From contig OY762825.2 of assembly GCA_963666425.2 (NCBI GenBank), forward strand, positions 1,216,001 to 1,280,000: a stretch of DNA of 64,000 nt, read 5' to 3'. A program made the translations under genes and the position numbers. The notes beneath the pieces were generated by a model, which was not told the origin of the DNA, searched no databases, and saw only the letters and a list, made by a program, of their open reading frames with translations. Source of the DNA: Bacillota bacterium. Its GTDB lineage: Bacteria > Bacillota > JAAYKD01. Shown in pieces: positions 59,147 to 64,000 of the stretch; within the stretch, counting starts at the first letter, position 1, and each line of letters begins with the position of its first letter.

Positions 59147-59187
59147 GTACTGGTTTTTTTACGAAAGGCTGCTGAATTCCCGCAGCG

Positions 59188-60198
59188 CTAAATTTTCTTC
59201 TCTTGCTCAGCAGTACTCTCTTTTTTTGTTTTTTGGTCCCGGTCCGCCTTGCTTTCTGTTTCCGGTCCTGTTATTTCTGCTTTACCATTTGTTTCTTCTT
59301 TCTGTGTACCGTCTACTTCTCCCCAAAACTCATCCCAGACCCAACGCACCAGCTGATCGTAACTTTCCGGTTCTTCAGCCTCGACTTTCTCCAGCACCTG
59401 ATCGATTTTTTTCTGCAGCCAGTCAGAAATGTTAAAATCACTGTTTGTCTCTTTCGCAAGCCGAGCGATTTCATCGATATAACTGTAGAGTTTTTCCATG
59501 GAAATTTGATAATACCCCGCGATCAGCCGTAAATCGGATCTGCTGTAGTTGAGTTGATCCTCCGTGGCAGCCGGCAGGGAAACTGATACTGTCTGATACA
59601 TTTCCTGGCTGAATAGATCAGACTCGATTAATTTCTCAGCTAAGGTATTGGCGCTCCCCTTCAATTTCGTCTGCAGCGCCTGCCAGGAAAGCGTAACGAT
59701 ATCGCCTCTGCTGAAGATTTCCTGCGCTTCTAGCGCCGGCAGCAAACCCAATTGCTTTAGCAAAGGTTCGGGTTTCTGCCAATCAAAATCGCCTTCTGCA
59801 TCGGAATAGCCCAAAGCACGTAATAAAAACGTACTGTATTGATTGGGCGCAAGCAGTTGGCTGCTGCCAAATTCATGCTCTGAAATCCCATTGGTCAGTT
59901 GCAGGTTGTGCGCATAGGCCACATACGCTTGCGCCCAAGTTGGTACATCGGTAAAAGGGCAATCGATCGCACAGGCAGACGCCTCTGCTTCCCGACCAGT
60001 CAGGCGAAGCAGCATCAGGAGTCCTTCCAGGCGGGTGGGAGCCCGATCTAATTCAAAGCCTAGCTCACTGCCTTGAAACAGATTCAATTGATAGAGTGCA
60101 TCTGCTGTCTCTTGTTCCACCCGGGCAGGTTCCGCAGCCAACAGTGTAGAATGACAGCAGAGCACGAAGACGGCCAAAGCGAATACGATTTTCTTCAC
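59188..60198 (-). CDS. Secreted S-layer homology (SLH) domain protein
   Basis: Signal peptide, LFQGS..GFELDRAPTR, PFTDVP.WA..YV, LLRALGYSD; charged C-terminal tail. Confidence 0.85.
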   Translation of the reverse strand: MKKIVFALAVFVLCCHSTLLAAEPARVEQETADALYQLNLFQGSELGFELDRAPTRLEGLLMLLRLTGREAEASACAIDCPFTDVPTWAQAYVAYAHNLQLTNGISEHEFGSSQLLAPNQYSTFLLRALGYSDAEGDFDWQKPEPLLKQLGLLPALEAQEIFSRGDIVTLSWQALQTKLKGSANTLAEKLIESDLFSQEMYQTVSVSLPAATEDQLNYSRSDLRLIAGYYQISMEKLYSYIDEIARLAKETNSDFNISDWLQKKIDQVLEKVEAEEPESYDQLVRWVWDEFWGEVDGTQKEETNGKAEITGPETESKADRDQKTKKESTAEQEKKI

Positions 60199-60545
60199 TT
60201 GTGATCACCTCATAGAATAACGCCGGTTGGGGTTTGTCTCGCTTGTGAAAGAATACCTGGATAGTTCATCATTCAGAGTATGACATAACACGACATAGAA
60301 TGATGATTTTCACTCCTATTCGCTTTGCTGTGAAGGAAATCCTCTGTTTCATCTTTTTCTAACTATAAAATTCAACAAAATTCTTGTTATCCAGCTGTTT
60401 TTTTGTTGGATTTTCTTGGATTCCATAGAAAAAGCAAACCACAAAAAGGTTGGCAATGCAAAGCTTTTCATGCCTGTTTGTCGCAAGTTCTATTTTCCCA
60501 TTTGAATTATATTAACATATTAGATAATATATTAAAGCTCACCCC

Positions 60546-60574
60546 TTGACATATGTTAGTTTATATGTTACACT
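60546..60574 (+). promoter_or_regulatory. Sigma-A promoter with overlapping ATATGTTA repeats
   Basis: TTGACA-17-TACACT; ATATGTTA at 60551 and 60563, with an inverted copy TAACATAT at 60513. Confidence 0.55.
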
Positions 60575-60631
60575 CCTGCTGACTTTCAATCGTATTCTGT
60601 ATGGAAAGAAAAAGAGGAGGCTGCTGAGACA

Positions 60632-61906
60632 ATGAATTCCGATGCACCGGTTTCGGCCACAGAAAAGAAAAAATTCTTCAATCGCAATTTCCTGCTGTTT
60701 TTACAAGCTGGGTTTTTATCCTATTTTGGTGATATCGTCTACAATTTAGCCATCAGTTACTGGATTCTGCAAACGACGGGCTCGACAGCGCTGATGGGTA
60801 CTGCAGCGGCTGTGTCTTTTCTTCCCCGTATTGTCATCTCACCGTTTGCCGGTGCTTTGGTCGATCGTTTTGACCGCAAACAGATTCTTTGCCTCGCCAC
60901 CTTGTTTCGTGGCATTTTTATGGGCCTGATTGCCTTTTTAGCTTTCCGCGATTTGTTGAGTATCCCCCTTGTGATGATCAGCGCCCTCTTGTTATCCTCT
61001 GCCGGTGCTTTTGCCGGACCGGCTGTCTCCTCCATGATTCCCGATCTGGTGGAGAAAGAAGACATTGTCAGAGCAAACTCCATCCGCAGCGCTGCCTTCT
61101 CCTTTGTTGACCTGGCCGGGAACGGCATCAGCGGTTTTATGGTCAGCTTGCTGGGGGTGCCTTTGCTGATTGCCATCAACGCAATTTCCTTTTTCTATTA
61201 CTACATTTCGCTGCTTTTTCTGCATTTACCCAAACATCTGCTGAGTGAGGCTGCCAAGGCCAAAAACATTTGGATTGATTTAAAAGAAGGGGTGCAGGTA
61301 TTTTATCAAAATGTAGGCTTGCGCATCACGATGCTGGTCTTCATGCTGGCGAACTTCTTTACAGCAGGCATCTTTAGTTTGCTGTTGGCCATGTTCTTAC
61401 AGCGTGGATTTACAGTTGAACAATATGGTATCATCATGGCCTGTATGGGCATGGGTGGTTTGATCGGCATGTTCACTGTGGCGACCTTTCGCTTCCCCAG
61501 CCGTCTTTATCCTTCTATCGTTCTCTTCTGCTTTGTCTTTATGGGCAGCTGCATGATTATCATGGTCAGCACCTATAATTTCTATTTAACCTGTGCGATG
61601 ATATGTCTGGGCATGATTGGCAACGCCATCGCCAACTCGATATTGAATTCGGTTTTTATGGTTGGCGTAGAACCAACCCAGCGCGGTAAGCTAGCCGGCG
61701 TGATGACCACCATGAGCAATAGCTTGTGTCCGGTTTCCGCCCTGATGTATGGCTTCTTAGGAGAGATTTATCCGCTATCCAATTTATTCATCATCGGCAT
61801 GCTGCTCGGCTGCGGTTCTATCTCGCTGATCTTTATCTCTCCTCAGGTACGCGATTTCATCAGCCTGAAACCGGCTGAGCCGGCAGAAATTGAAATTGCC
61901 GGATAA
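60632..61906 (+). CDS. MFS transporter (DHA3/macrolide-efflux-like)
   Basis: FNRNFLL, SYFGD, TGSTALMG, AGALVDRFDRK, about 12 TM helices. Confidence 0.92.
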   Translation: MNSDAPVSATEKKKFFNRNFLLFLQAGFLSYFGDIVYNLAISYWILQTTGSTALMGTAAAVSFLPRIVISPFAGALVDRFDRKQILCLATLFRGIFMGLIAFLAFRDLLSIPLVMISALLLSSAGAFAGPAVSSMIPDLVEKEDIVRANSIRSAAFSFVDLAGNGISGFMVSLLGVPLLIAINAISFFYYYISLLFLHLPKHLLSEAAKAKNIWIDLKEGVQVFYQNVGLRITMLVFMLANFFTAGIFSLLLAMFLQRGFTVEQYGIIMACMGMGGLIGMFTVATFRFPSRLYPSIVLFCFVFMGSCMIIMVSTYNFYLTCAMICLGMIGNAIANSILNSVFMVGVEPTQRGKLAGVMTTMSNSLCPVSALMYGFLGEIYPLSNLFIIGMLLGCGSISLIFISPQVRDFISLKPAEPAEIEIAG

Positions 61907-62004
61907 AGGGAATCGGTTTTGCGCCAGAGAAAATAATCCTTAATTTGATAAATCAACCGCAATGCCTCAATTCTCAATTCTAAAACAAGGAAGTGACCCA
62001 GCAG

Positions 62005-63287
62005 ATGGAAGACACAGAAGAACGGTCCGCCAATCAGCCCGGCAATTCCGCTGCTGCAGGGGAGACACGGGTCCGAAGAAAATTCTTCAACCGTGATTTT
62101 TCACTCTTCTTTCAGGCAGCCTCACTTTCTTATTTCGGTGATGTAATTTATAACCTGGCAATCAGCTATTGGGTATTGCAGACGACCGGTTCCACCGCTC
62201 TGATGGGTACAGCCATAGCAATTTCTTCTCTGCCACGTATCTTCTTGTCGCCTTACACCGGTGCTCTGGCAGACCGTTATGACCGCAAATTGATTTTCTG
62301 CAGCGCAACGCTTTTCCGTGCCGTCCTGATGTGCGGTATTGCTCTGCTTGCTTTTCAGAATCGCTTAGTTCTGCCGATCCTCTTTGTCAGCACTTTTTTG
62401 CTTTCCGCAGCCGGTTCTTTTGCTAACCCCGCGGTTGCATCCATTCTGCCGGATCTGGTAGAAAAAGAGGATGTTGTCCGGGGTATTTCTCTGAAAAGTG
62501 CCGCTTATTCTTTTGTGGATTTATCCGGTAACGGAATCAGCGGCTATTTCATCAATTGGTTCGGCATACCGATGATGATCTTGCTCAATGCCGCCTCTTT
62601 CCTGTTTTATTTTCTCTCCATGTTGTTTGTCCGCGTTCCGAAGCACCAAGTCCTTGTCGGTGCAAAACAGAAGAAAATTTGGCACGATATGAAAGACGGT
62701 ATTGCTTTTTTTATCAAAATATCGGTTTGCGTCTGACCTTGCTCTATATCATGATGGCGAATTTATTCACGATCGGGATTTTTAATCTGTTGATGGCGAT
62801 GTTTTTGCAGCAGGGTTTTAATATCGAACAATTTGGTGTGATGATGTCATTCCTGAGTTTCGGCAGTTTAATTGGTTTTTCTATTACCGGCTTTTACCTT
62901 TTTCCTACCAAATACAATCCCCTGATCATTATGGGAGGGTTCTTGCTGCTCTGCCTAAGCTATATGCTGATGCTGCTGACAAATCACTTCTATCTGATCT
63001 GCTTTCTATTATGTCTTGGCATGATTGGCAACAGCATGAGTGATTCCACCCTGGATTCCGTGCTGATGCTGGGAGTAGAAGCGCAGCAGCGCGGCAAACT
63101 ATCCGGCATCATCACCACGGTTTGTGCTGTGTTTGTTCCCATCTCCACCCTGTTCTATGGTGGTTTGGGAGAAGTGATGCCGCTTTCGACGCTTTTTTTC
63201 TTCGGCTTTTTACTCGCCGGTATCGCTACCGTGATGATTACGTTTTCACCCGCAGTTCGCGGATATCTGAGCTTATATAAAGCATAG
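62005..63287 (+). pseudogene. MFS transporter paralog split by a 1-nt deletion in a T7 tract (62706-62712)
   Basis: ORF 61993-62736 matches the N-half and ORF 62556-63287 the C-half of the upstream paralog; adding one T restores GIAFFYQNIGLR. Confidence 0.85.
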
Positions 63288-63323
63288 AAAATCGAAAATT
63301 GTTATTGGAAGGAGATTTTCTTT

Positions 63324-64000
63324 ATGCAGGCAATTGTCAATCCTCAATTGGAATTACTATTCAGTGTTCTAGCTACCGGTTCTTATGCTGAGAAAACGCA
63401 GGCTTATTTCGGTCAAAGTCTAGTACAAAATGCTGCTTCCGCCTATCAAACTGAAATTCAATGCCTGCTGCATCCCTGGCAGGGTCATGCAATCTATCAG
63501 CAAATCGATACTATGATTGAAAAAGGATTTTGTTTTAGCAGACCGATTGAACTAATGATGGCCATCAAGGCACCACCGGAAATGCAATGGCAGTATCAGC
63601 CTTCGGAATTTTGCTTCAAACTCTGCGGTGGACGGGAGCAAGCGGAGCTTCTTCTGGAGCTCCTGCGTGACCTGGCAGTTCAGACCGACTATATGAGCCA
63701 CTTTCCGCATTTGCTTCACTACTATACCGCTGAATTAGCAACGGTTCAAGCCCATCTTGATCAGTACCCTTTGATTTCGTATATGGAAAATTTTTATGGT
63801 CTCAGACAGAATAGCTACCATTGCGTAATTTCCCATTTAATCCGTGGTAATTTTGGTATTCATTTTAAAGACAGTCAGGGAAAAATGGACTTATTCAGTG
63901 TCTTTAGCTATATCAATCCCTCTGCTTTTGCATCAAATATGCCCGTCGGTGTGCTTTCTCTCAATACCATCCTGCATGAATTCAGCCATCCTCTGGTCAA
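63324..64000 (+). CDS. DUF4932-like putative zinc metalloprotease (runs off the window end)
   Basis: AAGGAG RBS; MQAIVNPQLELLFSV... open to the window end, with HEFSH (HExxH) at the last codons. Confidence 0.7.
   Translation, partial: MQAIVNPQLELLFSVLATGSYAEKTQAYFGQSLVQNAASAYQTEIQCLLHPWQGHAIYQQIDTMIEKGFCFSRPIELMMAIKAPPEMQWQYQPSEFCFKLCGGREQAELLLELLRDLAVQTDYMSHFPHLLHYYTAELATVQAHLDQYPLISYMENFYGLRQNSYHCVISHLIRGNFGIHFKDSQGKMDLFSVFSYINPSAFASNMPVGVLSLNTILHEFSHPLV

Noticed and set aside
1-64000. CRISPR arrays, transposases, integrases, rRNA, or Sec/Pyl read-through
   Set aside because: I found no regularly spaced repeats, no DDE, tyrosine or serine recombinase motifs, and no in-frame TGA/TAG interruptions of recognisable genes.

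Overview
A 64 kb chromosomal window from an anaerobic Bacillota (Firmicutes)-like bacterium, judged from sigma-A-type promoters, GGAGG ribosome-binding sites, an SLH protein, and DegV, YitT and Etf genes. It is mostly accessory metabolism and transport: several ABC systems, MFS transporters, a D-serine/dipeptidase operon with an embedded PqqD (RRE) plus kinase-like pair, a TetR-degV-radical SAM unit, a detoxification-like cassette behind an attenuator, an Ldh-EtfBA module, a two-component system, a peptidoglycan-recycling cluster, an orphan PEP mutase, an OadB/OadG pair, and tRNA-Gln(CTG) and tRNA-Glu(CTC). I found no CRISPR array, transposase, integrase or rRNA. The most notable signals are: (1) a perfect 25-bp inverted repeat pair enclosing a promoter and nearly all of an HhH-GPD glycosylase gene (candidate inverton or REP/MITE unit); (2) a TetR-degV-radical SAM unit with three copies of one palindromic operator, a candidate fatty-acid-modifying system; (3) a duplicated four-permease FtsX/MacB-type ABC system whose B subunits carry a lysine-less biotinyl/lipoyl-like C-terminal domain; (4) a uORF-terminator attenuator; (5) a thrice-repeated hairpin family; (6) a stand-alone PEP mutase. 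All product calls come from motif recognition by eye; no database searches were run.
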